A DNA stretch of 64,000 nucleotides from Candidatus Micrarchaeia archaeon (lineage in GTDB: Archaea; Micrarchaeota; Micrarchaeia; Anstonellales; Bilamarchaeaceae). Shown piece by piece: positions 55,602-64,000 of the stretch. The stretch spans positions 265,111 through 329,110 of the forward strand of contig JBAZFC010000001.1 in assembly GCA_041653635.1 (NCBI GenBank). The letters run 5' to 3'. A program made the translations under genes and the position numbers. Under the pieces are notes generated by a model. That model worked only from the letters and a program-made list of their open reading frames with translations, was not told the origin of the DNA and did not search any database. How positions within the stretch are numbered: the first letter of the stretch is position 1; each line of letters begins with the position of its first letter.

Positions 55602-56501
55602 ATGAATTGCCTTGTGACTGGGGGGCTAGGGTTCATCGGCTCAAATATAGCGAAGAAGCTCATTGCCGATGGGAATAATGTTTGGATAATTGACAATCTG
55701 CATACCGGCTCCTATGAAAACAAGCCCGAGGGCGCGACCGTGATTGAGGGCGTGAGCGGGAAGGTTTCGGAACTGGAATTGCCCAAGATGGATGCGGTCT
55801 TCCATGATGGGATTTACTCTTCTGCGCCGATGTACAAGGAGGACCCCACGAGATTGGCGAAGGCGCTTGATGATTTTTTGAGGATGCTGGACTTCTGCAG
55901 GAAGAATGACTGCCCGCTGGTTTTTGCATCCACTTCTTCCGTGTATAATGGGGTGAAGCCGCCGCAGGGGGAGGATGTGGAGATAAAGCCTCTTGACCTT
56001 TACTCGGAAACCAGATTGTACATGGAGAGGATTTCCACATTGTATGTGAAATTGTACGGAATGAACATAGCGGGGCTCCGCTACTTCAGCGTTTATGGGC
56101 CCGGGGAGAGGGCGAAGAAGCAGTATGCGAACCTGGTTTCGCAGTTCCTGTGGGCGATGCAGAAGGGCGAGGCGCCGGTGATTTACGGGGACGGGAGCCA
56201 GACCAGGGATTTGACCTATGTGGACGATGTGGTGAGGGCGAACCTGCTGGCTTCACAGAAGATAAAGGGCTTTGAGGCATTGAACGTAGGGACCGGGAGG
56301 ACCTACACCATGAACCAATTGATTGGGATGCTGAATAAGGCGCTGGGGAAGGACATAAAGGCGAAGTATGTGGCGAATCCAATCAAGAATTATGTGGATT
56401 TCACCCAGGCGGACACGCGCAAGGCGAAGGAGAAGATAGGGTTTGAGGCGCAGGTTTCGCTTGAGGAAGGGATTTCCAGATTGGTGAAGTTGTATTCCTG
56501 A
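55602..56501 (+). CDS. NAD-dependent epimerase/dehydratase
   Basis: TGGLGFIG, ASTSSVY, RYFSVYGP and GDGSQTRD motifs. Alternative start at 55590. Confidence 0.87.
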   Translation: MNCLVTGGLGFIGSNIAKKLIADGNNVWIIDNLHTGSYENKPEGATVIEGVSGKVSELELPKMDAVFHDGIYSSAPMYKEDPTRLAKALDDFLRMLDFCRKNDCPLVFASTSSVYNGVKPPQGEDVEIKPLDLYSETRLYMERISTLYVKLYGMNIAGLRYFSVYGPGERAKKQYANLVSQFLWAMQKGEAPVIYGDGSQTRDLTYVDDVVRANLLASQKIKGFEALNVGTGRTYTMNQLIGMLNKALGKDIKAKYVANPIKNYVDFTQADTRKAKEKIGFEAQVSLEEGISRLVKLYS

Positions 56502-56547
56502 GCGCAGGGCTTATCGTTAATAATACTTATTCTACAAGTTCAGGACT

Positions 56548-59190
56548 ATGCTCACGAAGGATTCCCTCCGCGCACAGTTCTCCAAAGAGTGGGAGAAGCA
56601 CTACAAGACGAAGGCATTGGAGGAGCACGGGTTCAGGAGGGGCAAGTGCGCGAAGTGCGGCAAGAACTTCTGGAGCATAGAGGAAAGGGAGCTGTGCGGG
56701 GACGCCTCCTGTACCGGATATACGTTCATAGGGAATGCGCCGAGCAATAAGAAACTGGGTTATGTGGAGACGTGGAAGGGGATAGAGAAATATTTCACTT
56801 CGCACGGGCACGGGAGCATAAAATCCTATCCGTCCGTGGCGAGGTGGAGGGACGACTTATACTTCACTATTGCTTCAATTAATGGGTTCCAGCCGTATGT
56901 GGTTAATGGGGAGTTGGAAGCGCCGGCTAATCCTTTGATTATTCCGCAGGTGTGCATAAGATTCCCGGACATTGCAAACGTAGGGGTTACGGGAAGGCAC
57001 TATACTAATTTCGTGATGGTGGGGCAGCATGCCTTCAACACCAAGAAGACTGGATTGTTCTATTGGAAGGACGAGGCGCTGAGGCACGACATAGAATATC
57101 TCAAAAAATTGGGGGTGCACCCCAAGGACCTGGTCTTCCAGGAGGACGTTTGGATGGGCGGGGGCAACTACGGCCCCTGCATAGAGTATTTCTCCGGAGG
57201 GTTGGAGCTGGGGAATTGCGTCTTCATGCAATACGAGATTCTTCCGGATGGGGGGAGCAGGGAATTATCCACTAAAACGATAGATATGGGGGCGGGGCTT
57301 TCGCGGCTCTGCTGGATTACCCACGGGACGCCGGACTCTTATTCCGTTGTTTTTGGAAAAATGGTTCCCAAGTACAAGAAGAAATTCGGGATAACGGTGG
57401 ACGAGAAAAAATACCTGGAATTCGCCAAGAGGGTGGGCGGTCTGGATGTGGATGAGGTCGCGGACCCTGAGGCGGAGGTGCGGAGGATTGAGCAGGAGAT
57501 TGGATATCCGGGATTTGAGAAGACGCTCGCGCCTTTGCAGGGATTGTATGCTTCCCTGGACCATTTGCTTACGCTTCTATTTACAGTAAAGGATGGGATG
57601 CTTCCCTCAAATGCTGGAGGGGGGTACAACCTGCGCATGGTGCTGAGGAGGGCGTTCGGGTTCGCGGAGGAGTTCGGCTGGGACGTTGATTACGCGGAAA
57701 TACTGGAGGGGCATGCGAAGGAATTGAAGGGCATATTCCCCGAGCTTGCGGACGGGGTGGAGAGCACTTCGGATGTTATTGAGGAGGAGAAAAGGAAGTA
57801 CAAGGCGACTAAGGACGGGGCTGCGGGGAAAGTCACCAATATGCTCGGGAGGGGCATAGGGGAGAAGGAGCTGGTCGTGCTCTATGAAAGCCACGGAATT
57901 CAGCCTGAGATGGTTGCGGAGATTGCGAAGGCGAAGGGCGTGGACGTGAAGGTGCCCATGAACTTCTACGATAAAGTGAGGGGCAAAGAAGAGGATGTGG
58001 AGAAGGAAGCGGGCGGGGAGAAGAAAATAGACGTGGAAGGGATACCAAAAACCGAGGGGCTCTGGTATTCAACGGATGGGGCGTTCAAGGCGAAAGTGCT
58101 GAAGGTAATTGGAAAATTTGTGGTGCTGGACAAGAGCGCGTTTTACCCCGAGGGCGGCGGGCAGGTCGGGGACAACGGCGAGCTTGGCGGGGTGCGGGTG
58201 CTTAATACTACTAAACAGGCGGGAGTGGTCTTGCATCTGGTGGAGGATGCGGGAAAATTCAAGGAAGGTGCTACTGTGGAGGGAAAGGCAAATCTTGGGA
58301 GGAGGAAGAGGGTTTCAAAGCATCATACCGCCGCGCATCTTTTGAACGCGGCGTGCAGGGAAATCCTCGGCACGCACATCTGGCAGGGCGGCAGCGGCAA
58401 AAAGGAGGAGGAGGCGCACCTGGACGTTACGCACTACAAGAGGATTACGGACGAGCAGCTGAACGAGATTGAGGCGAAGGTTAATGATTACATAATGGGG
58501 GATTTGAAAATAGAAGTGGAAGTGCTGCCGCGGAACGTCGCGGAGCAGAAGTATGGGTTTTCGCTTTATCAGGGCGGTGCGGTTCCGGGAAAGGAATTGA
58601 GGATTGTGAAGATAGGAGATGGTGGAAAACTGGTTGATGCGGAAGCCTGCGGGGGGACGCACCAGATGAACACCACTACGGGGGAGCTGGGCTATTTCAA
58701 AATCGTGAAAAGGGAGAGCGTGCAGGATGGCGTGGAGCGGATATACTATAAAGTTGGGGAAGCGGCCGTGAAATACGCGCAGGAGCGCGAGGCGCTGCTG
58801 AAGAGGGCGGCGGGCGTCGTGAGCGTTTCCGAGCACCAGCTGCCTGATGCGGTCGGAAGGTTCTTTGAGGAATGGAAGGCGCAGCGGAAGGAAATAGAGA
58901 AATTGAAGGAGGAGTTCATCTCTGCGCGGGCAGAGGAAATAATAGAAAGGAGCGCGAAGGAGGGCGTGGTGCAGGAGAAAATAGAGGAGGATGCGAAGGC
59001 GCTCGCAAGGATTGGGGCGCTCGTCTCGGAGAGCGCAGGTGCTATGGTTATCCTCACTAATTCGCAGGGGAACGTGGTCTGTGCAGCCGGGAAGGGGGCA
59101 AAGAGGAACGCGCTGCAGCTGTTTGAGGAATTGAAGAAGAAGGGTGCGAAGGGCGGCGGAAATGAAAAAATGGTTTCCGGGAAACTATAG
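56548..59190 (+). CDS. alaS: Alanine--tRNA ligase (archaeal type)
   Basis: N-terminal CxxC zinc site, ARWRDDLYFTIASI, IDMGAGL.R, HHTAAH editing motif and EACGGTH. Confidence 0.97.
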   Translation: MLTKDSLRAQFSKEWEKHYKTKALEEHGFRRGKCAKCGKNFWSIEERELCGDASCTGYTFIGNAPSNKKLGYVETWKGIEKYFTSHGHGSIKSYPSVARWRDDLYFTIASINGFQPYVVNGELEAPANPLIIPQVCIRFPDIANVGVTGRHYTNFVMVGQHAFNTKKTGLFYWKDEALRHDIEYLKKLGVHPKDLVFQEDVWMGGGNYGPCIEYFSGGLELGNCVFMQYEILPDGGSRELSTKTIDMGAGLSRLCWITHGTPDSYSVVFGKMVPKYKKKFGITVDEKKYLEFAKRVGGLDVDEVADPEAEVRRIEQEIGYPGFEKTLAPLQGLYASLDHLLTLLFTVKDGMLPSNAGGGYNLRMVLRRAFGFAEEFGWDVDYAEILEGHAKELKGIFPELADGVESTSDVIEEEKRKYKATKDGAAGKVTNMLGRGIGEKELVVLYESHGIQPEMVAEIAKAKGVDVKVPMNFYDKVRGKEEDVEKEAGGEKKIDVEGIPKTEGLWYSTDGAFKAKVLKVIGKFVVLDKSAFYPEGGGQVGDNGELGGVRVLNTTKQAGVVLHLVEDAGKFKEGATVEGKANLGRRKRVSKHHTAAHLLNAACREILGTHIWQGGSGKKEEEAHLDVTHYKRITDEQLNEIEAKVNDYIMGDLKIEVEVLPRNVAEQKYGFSLYQGGAVPGKELRIVKIGDGGKLVDAEACGGTHQMNTTTGELGYFKIVKRESVQDGVERIYYKVGEAAVKYAQEREALLKRAAGVVSVSEHQLPDAVGRFFEEWKAQRKEIEKLKEEFISARAEEIIERSAKEGVVQEKIEEDAKALARIGALVSESAGAMVILTNSQGNVVCAAGKGAKRNALQLFEELKKKGAKGGGNEKMVSGKL

Positions 59191-59895
59191 GACCGGAGTG
59201 AGCTTAGAGGGGTCGGAGAGGAAGTCAAACTTCTCCGGCTTGTTGTAGAACATCTCAAGAAGGTCGCCGAGCATCACTCCGTAGCGATGGTTTATCTGGC
59301 GCGGCACGAGCTTCTCCTGCTTCTTGATTATGTAGTAGGTGTTCTGCTTGTAGCCGAAGCGCGTGCAGAAGAACGCGGGCCCGTGGTTCTCCATGTATTC
59401 TTCATACTTTGAATCAAAGCTTGCGACTATGTTCGCAAGGATGAGGGGCGAATCCCCTGTGTTGTAAGAGACGTGGCCGTAGCCGGGCGGGATTATGAAG
59501 GATTCCTTTTCCCCGGCTTCAATGGTGATGCAATCAACGCTCTCGTCCTTGTGCTTGCGCTGGAGCACGAAGGAGGCCTTCCCCTTCAGGACCTGGTAAA
59601 CCTCGGGGTATGCCGCCCCCGCCTTGGAGGGCGGATGGTAATGCCCCAGCGTCTTGGAGTATTCGTCCCCGTAGAAGCGCGGCTCTATTACGGTTATGTC
59701 GTAGCGGAGGTTCTCCCACTGGTGGACGCCCCGGAACATGTAATATGCGATTCCTTCGGGGCCCATGAGGTGCGGCTCCATCATCACTTCTTTCAATTCG
59801 GAAACCTTCCTCGTGGTGAAGGGCCATTCCTCCCCGTCCTTCAGCAGGGTGCGGCCAAGAAGCTCTAACCTGAACGGCTTTTCGTATAGAATCAT
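59185..59895 (-). CDS. pgiA: Cupin-type glucose-6-phosphate isomerase
   Basis: LRYDITVI, EYSKTLGHYH, YPEVY and IPPGYGH motifs. Confidence 0.88.
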   Translation of the reverse strand: MILYEKPFRLELLGRTLLKDGEEWPFTTRKVSELKEVMMEPHLMGPEGIAYYMFRGVHQWENLRYDITVIEPRFYGDEYSKTLGHYHPPSKAGAAYPEVYQVLKGKASFVLQRKHKDESVDCITIEAGEKESFIIPPGYGHVSYNTGDSPLILANIVASFDSKYEEYMENHGPAFFCTRFGYKQNTYYIIKKQEKLVPRQINHRYGVMLGDLLEMFYNKPEKFDFLSDPSKLTPVL

Positions 59896-59899
59896 GAAG

Positions 59900-60274
59900 T
59901 CACTTCTTGTGGCGGCCGAAGGTTGCCTTGCGCGGAGTGCCGGACTTTATTTTTTCTGCCTTCAGTTTCGCGAGCAGCACCTGCAGGAACGAGATGAACT
60001 CGTGGCGCTCCATTTCGTGCTTGGCGACGCCCTCCTCCAGGGAGTCAATGGTCTTGGAAAGGGACCCGTAAAGCTCCCTGCTGCGCGAGTCCATCCCCGG
60101 GTGCTCCATGTGCTCTATGAGGGACTGCTTTATGACGCGGAGGCGTGCCTCGAGGTTCCTCGCCTCGTCGCTCTCCTCCTCGAGGCGTATCTCCATTGAG
60201 CGCGCCATGGCAGCTATCTCTGCCCAGGACTTGCCCTCAAGGCTTTTCCCGAGGCTTTCACCGTGCGGAAGCAT
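59900..60274 (-). CDS. Hypothetical coiled-coil protein
   Basis: 124-aa helical, charged ORF from MLPHGES, ending 4 nt before pgi. Confidence 0.65.
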   Translation of the reverse strand: MLPHGESLGKSLEGKSWAEIAAMARSMEIRLEEESDEARNLEARLRVIKQSLIEHMEHPGMDSRSRELYGSLSKTIDSLEEGVAKHEMERHEFISFLQVLLAKLKAEKIKSGTPRKATFGRHKK

Positions 60275-60326
60275 CACGGGAATAAAGACGGCAAATATAA
60301 TAAAGGTTGGGGAAGAAAAGGGACGC

Positions 60327-61136
60327 ATGCGAAAGGCGCTATTTGCACTCCTGCTGCTCTCCCTTACGTATGCGGAATTCACGCTGACCGCCATGGATGT
60401 CCTGGTGGACGTGAATGCGCAGGGCGACGCGACGGTTACGGAGAAGCTGCATTACATCATAACCAGCTCTTATCATATATCCTTATACGAATCAAACCTC
60501 GCGAAGACCGACATCGGCTCCTGGGGGGCGCTCATCGGCTCGGACGAGGTCAGGTCCCACCTGGACAACCGGGTGGTGAGCGTGGAGAACGTGGTGGTGA
60601 GGCCCGCGCCCACTTCCAGGTGCAACCCGCTCGCCGAGCTGTGCCATGGGGAGCTGACTATAACATATGAGGCGAAGCCGTACGTGAGGGCGGATGGCGA
60701 GGAGGTGCCGGGGACGGGGATATTCACAGTGGAGCAGTACAAGCCGCGCACCACAAGATACACGCTCAACGAGGGCGCGCTGCAGTTCCAGACCAGCGAG
60801 CTGGGCGACGTGGTGCTGGGCGAGAACGAGCGGCTCTCATTCATGCTCCCTAGGGGCGCGAAGGTCGCATATGTGAACCCACTGCCCGGGAACACGGAGC
60901 AGACCGGGGACGGAAGGCAGCAGCTGAGCTGGGAGAACGAGGTGCTCGCGCACTTCTCCATGGTCTTTGAGAAGGAGGAGGGGCTGGACCAGGAAGTGAT
61001 AGGGTTCTTCATAGGGGCGAGGAGCAAGCTTTATGACTTTTTGAGCGGGCCCCAGGGGCTGCCGGCCATTGCGCTGGTGCTCATACTCGCGGGCTCGTAC
61101 CTCTACCTGCAGACCAAGCAGAAGAAGGCGGCGTGA
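60327..61136 (+). CDS. Secreted, C-terminally anchored beta-rich protein
   Basis: MRKALFALLLLSLTYA signal, VDVNAQGDATVTEK strands, and a C-terminal TM with a KQKK tail. Confidence 0.75.
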   Translation: MRKALFALLLLSLTYAEFTLTAMDVLVDVNAQGDATVTEKLHYIITSSYHISLYESNLAKTDIGSWGALIGSDEVRSHLDNRVVSVENVVVRPAPTSRCNPLAELCHGELTITYEAKPYVRADGEEVPGTGIFTVEQYKPRTTRYTLNEGALQFQTSELGDVVLGENERLSFMLPRGAKVAYVNPLPGNTEQTGDGRQQLSWENEVLAHFSMVFEKEEGLDQEVIGFFIGARSKLYDFLSGPQGLPAIALVLILAGSYLYLQTKQKKAA

Positions 61137-61141
61137 TTCTT

Positions 61142-62578
61142 ATGATATTGCACAGGCAGGAGAAGATTTTGCTGAAGAAGCTGCGCGGAGCGGGCAAAAA
61201 GAACGTGGACGAGCTTTCGCAGGATATGGGCGAAAGGGACGCGTTCAGGAGGGCGGCGCTCTGGCTGCAGGAGAAGGGGCTCGCGGAAGTGGAGGAGAAA
61301 TCCGAAAAGGGATACAAGAGGGGCGAGGAATGCGAACGCTTCCTGAAGGAGGGATTCCCCGAGGTGCGGGTTGCGGGGAAGGATGGCAAGGCAATCGGCG
61401 AGCTTGGGGAAGAGGAGAAGAGAATAGGATTGATGTGGGCGAAGAGGAATGGATGGATTGCCATTGAGAACGGAAAAATAAAGGCGGTGAAGAAGCCGGG
61501 CGAGTATGCGCTGGAGAAGGCGGCGCGGAACCCGGAGAGGGCGGGGAAGGGCGAGCTGGACACGCTGGTGGCGAGGGGGCTGCTGGTCGGGAGCGAACGG
61601 AAGAGCACCTTCATTTCACTTACTAAAAAAGGGGAGGAGGAAGCGGGAAAGGTCGGGGAAATAAAGGAGGAAATAGGCGAACTCACGCATGAGATGATCA
61701 CGAGCGGGAAGTGGAAGGGCGCGTCATTCAGCCCGTATGCGGTGGCGCCCGCGGCCGATGAGCCGATTGGAAAAATGCACCCGCTTACTAGGATGACCGA
61801 GAAGATAAGGCGGATATTCATAGAGATGGGATTTGAGGAAATGGAGGGGCCTATGCTGGAGAGCTCCTTCTGGAACTTTGACGCGCTTTTCCAGCCGCAG
61901 GACCACCCTGCGCGGGATTTGGCGGACACATTCTATATGGAAGGGAAAGGGGAATTGCCCGAGAAAAAATTAGTGGACAAGGTCAAGGGCAGCCATGAGA
62001 AGGGCTGGAAATATTCGTGGAGCCATGAGGAGGCGCGCCGGACGGTTTTGAGGACGCACACCACCGCGGTGAGCGCCAGGTACCTTGCGAAACTGGATGC
62101 GGAGCTGAAAAAGGGCGGGGACAAGGGCAAGAAATATTTCTGCGTCGGGAGGGTGTTCAGGAACGAAGCCACGGACTTCAAGCACCTCGCGGAATTCCAC
62201 CAGGTGGAGGGGATTGTCGCGTGGGACGGGGCGAACTTCACGCACCTCCTGGGGCTGCTGAAGGAATTCTACAGGAGATTGGGCTTTGAGAAGGTGAGGT
62301 TCAGGCCGAGCTATTTCCCATACACCGAGCCGAGCCTGGAAATAGAAGTGTTCTTTGAAAGGAAGAAGGGCGGCGGGGGCGAATGGATGGAATTGGGCGG
62401 GGCCGGCATATTCAGGCCCGAGATGACCAAACCGCTCTGCGGGGTTTATCCCGTGCTCGCGTGGGGGCTCAGCCTGGAGAGGCCGATGATGCTGATGGAG
62501 GGGCTGGACGACATCAGAACCTTCTACAAAAATGATTTGGAGTGGCTGAAGACGAGCAGGATTGGAAAGGATTATTAA
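61142..62578 (+). CDS. pheS: Phenylalanine--tRNA ligase alpha subunit (archaeal type)
   Basis: FWNFDALFQPQDHPARD, LRTHTT, FRNE, EFHQVEG, YFPYTEPS and AWGLSLER motifs. Confidence 0.97.
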   Translation: MILHRQEKILLKKLRGAGKKNVDELSQDMGERDAFRRAALWLQEKGLAEVEEKSEKGYKRGEECERFLKEGFPEVRVAGKDGKAIGELGEEEKRIGLMWAKRNGWIAIENGKIKAVKKPGEYALEKAARNPERAGKGELDTLVARGLLVGSERKSTFISLTKKGEEEAGKVGEIKEEIGELTHEMITSGKWKGASFSPYAVAPAADEPIGKMHPLTRMTEKIRRIFIEMGFEEMEGPMLESSFWNFDALFQPQDHPARDLADTFYMEGKGELPEKKLVDKVKGSHEKGWKYSWSHEEARRTVLRTHTTAVSARYLAKLDAELKKGGDKGKKYFCVGRVFRNEATDFKHLAEFHQVEGIVAWDGANFTHLLGLLKEFYRRLGFEKVRFRPSYFPYTEPSLEIEVFFERKKGGGGEWMELGGAGIFRPEMTKPLCGVYPVLAWGLSLERPMMLMEGLDDIRTFYKNDLEWLKTSRIGKDY

Positions 62579-62601
62579 AGATGGCGCGGGGGGTTATGAG
62601 T

Positions 62602-62639
62602 ACCCTAGAGAGAAGGGGGGTGTCCCCCCTTCCTCTTGG
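62602..62639. terminator. GC-rich hairpin downstream of pheS
   Basis: GAAGGGGGG-TGT-CCCCCCTTC at 62612-62632, with further flanking pairing. Confidence 0.45.
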
Positions 62640-62641
62640 AG

Positions 62642-62689
62642 AATGACCTGGATTGGCTCAAGGGCAGCAGGGTTGGAAGGGATTACTAG
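62642..62689 (+). pseudogene. Diverged duplicate of the last 16 codons of pheS
   Basis: Encodes NDLDWLKGSRVGRDY* versus pheS NDLEWLKTSRIGKDY* (62531-62578): 37/48 nt and 11/15 aa identical. Confidence 0.85.
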
Positions 62690-62703
62690 ACGGGGCTAGA
62701 TGG

Positions 62704-64000
62704 ATGGTAAATAGCAAGGCAATCGTGGTGGGGCTCGTTGTCCTTTTCCTATTGGCAGTGGTGGTGCTGAGCATCGTGCCGAAGAAGGAGGCGCAGGCCG
62801 CCGCGGGCTGGATAGAGCCGATAAAGGGCGGCAGGGCTGGCACGGACGCATATTTTCTGTTTGAGGCGAACGGAAGCGGCAGCGCTGAGCTCATCTCTCT
62901 TTCGGAAAAGCCGAAGACGACCGTAGTGGTGCTGAGCGAGACCGGGATAGATGACGAAACGAACAACAGGTTTGACGAGTTCGTAGGCGGCCTTGGCGCG
63001 CTTGAGGGGTACGGGATGAACGTGGAGGTCATCGGGCCTGCGGACATACGCACGGTCCGGGACTCCGTGATAATAATAGTGAATGGCGCGATGCCGAGGT
63101 ACGTGCTTGACGACCTCGCAACGCTGTATGCGCGTGGCAACAGCCTAATCTACATAGGCAAGACCGACTTTACGCTTAACCGGGCGGAACTCAGGAGGGA
63201 TTATTGGCTCGCCCAGCTGGACAACGCGAGCGCTGAGAAGCTGGTCATAAAGGAGATGCGGCTCGGGGATTTCCTGGACACCCCTGGCGCGGCTGCCGAC
63301 CTGAACTACCAGATACTGGGCAACAGGTGGGCGGAGGCCGGGGACGCGGCCTTCCCGTTCAGCGGGTTTTCGGGGAGCAAGACGCTTTTCGTGCCCGTAA
63401 GCGACGGGGGATATTACAGGTTCATTTATGACGCGGGCGGGGAGAAGGGGTTCGTGGACTCGGGCCGCCTCCCTGCGGAGAAATTGGATGTGAGGGCCAC
63501 CCCGGACATCTACCCCTGGGACAAGGCGGAACTGTATTTCACGATGAACCAGAGCACCGGCAGGGTGCTCTACACCCTGGAGAAGGACGGGGAGCAGATT
63601 GCCGCCGAGGAATTGGGGTATGTGGGCGCGGAGAAGGCGTTCTTCTACACTTTTGAGTTTGAGGAGCCGGGGGATTACCTGTTCTGGGTGTACGACGGCT
63701 CTGGCACGCTGGGCTCGTCGCACATGCACGTGAGGGCGATAAACATCAGCATTTCCGAATTGAGGGACGTGCGGATGGAGTTCAACGTAACGGTGGACGG
63801 GGTGCCTGTGAAGACCGGGAAGGCGATGGTCTCGCTGGACGGAGCCGAGGAGAGGGAATACTCTATAAGCGACGGCAGGATGTCGGTGCCCGTGCGGCTC
63901 AAGTCGGGCGTGAACAGCATCCGCGTGAAATACCTGGAATATGTCACAATCATCAGCTACGAGCAGACCGAGGAAAGCCTGATTGACGTGTATGCGAAAT
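62704..64000 (+). CDS. Membrane-anchored surface hypothetical protein, 3'-truncated by the window
   Basis: MVNSKAIVVGLVVLFLLAVVVLSIVPKKE..., with no stop seen to the window end. Host-like codon usage and several N-X-S/T sequons. Confidence 0.8.
   Translation, partial: MVNSKAIVVGLVVLFLLAVVVLSIVPKKEAQAAAGWIEPIKGGRAGTDAYFLFEANGSGSAELISLSEKPKTTVVVLSETGIDDETNNRFDEFVGGLGALEGYGMNVEVIGPADIRTVRDSVIIIVNGAMPRYVLDDLATLYARGNSLIYIGKTDFTLNRAELRRDYWLAQLDNASAEKLVIKEMRLGDFLDTPGAAADLNYQILGNRWAEAGDAAFPFSGFSGSKTLFVPVSDGGYYRFIYDAGGEKGFVDSGRLPAEKLDVRATPDIYPWDKAELYFTMNQSTGRVLYTLEKDGEQIAAEELGYVGAEKAFFYTFEFEEPGDYLFWVYDGSGTLGSSHMHVRAINISISELRDVRMEFNVTVDGVPVKTGKAMVSLDGAEEREYSISDGRMSVPVRLKSGVNSIRVKYLEYVTIISYEQTEESLIDVYAK

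Larger units (their letters stand above)
17274..56501. other. Large surface-glycan (nonulosonic acid / N-glycan) biosynthesis locus
   Basis: About 38 contiguous genes, almost all nucleotide-sugar, glycosyltransferase, flippase or sugar-tailoring enzymes. Confidence 0.85.

Noticed and set aside
62531..62689. Diversity-generating retroelement VR/TR pair at the pheS 3' end with a hairpin
   Set aside because: Mismatches are not restricted to adenines and are mostly synonymous or conservative. No reverse transcriptase is in the window.
1..64000. tRNA, rRNA, transposase or integrase genes
   Set aside because: No cloverleaf or T-loop signature, rRNA segment or recombinase motif was recognised by eye. 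A tRNAscan-SE/Infernal run would be needed to exclude them formally.

Overview
Archaeal chromosome segment. Trm56, eL41, archaeal-type AlaRS/PheRS-alpha, a cupin PGI, TATA boxes and GGTGA-like SD motifs mark it as archaeal. Gene style and an LLLFGC lipoprotein signal suggest DPANN, probably Micrarchaeota (inference). Left to right: (1) a SerK-like serine kinase, class V aminotransferase and short SerA operon, then ferredoxin and PduO; (2) a secreted beta-barrel-like protein divergent from a TrmB regulator; (3) a copper island (DsbD_2/HMA/cupredoxin protein, CupA-like cupredoxin, CopA, CopB) divergent from a two-TM winged-helix protein with a predicted extracytoplasmic C-x5-C-x-H loop; (4) housekeeping genes, an unannotated C/D-box guide sRNA predicted to target 23S G2251, a ten-repeat Cys-rich lipoprotein and an unannotated eL41; (5) a ~39 kb surface-glycan locus with two nonulosonic acid synthases, acetamidino, CDP-sugar, radical SAM/SPASM, class III aminotransferase, KpsS-like and GT-C genes; (6) alaS, cupin pgi, pheS followed by a diverged copy of its own 3' end, and a surface protein cut off by the window end. 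No CRISPR array, rRNA, tRNA, transposase or integrase was recognised. All calls come from motif recognition by eye; no database search was run.
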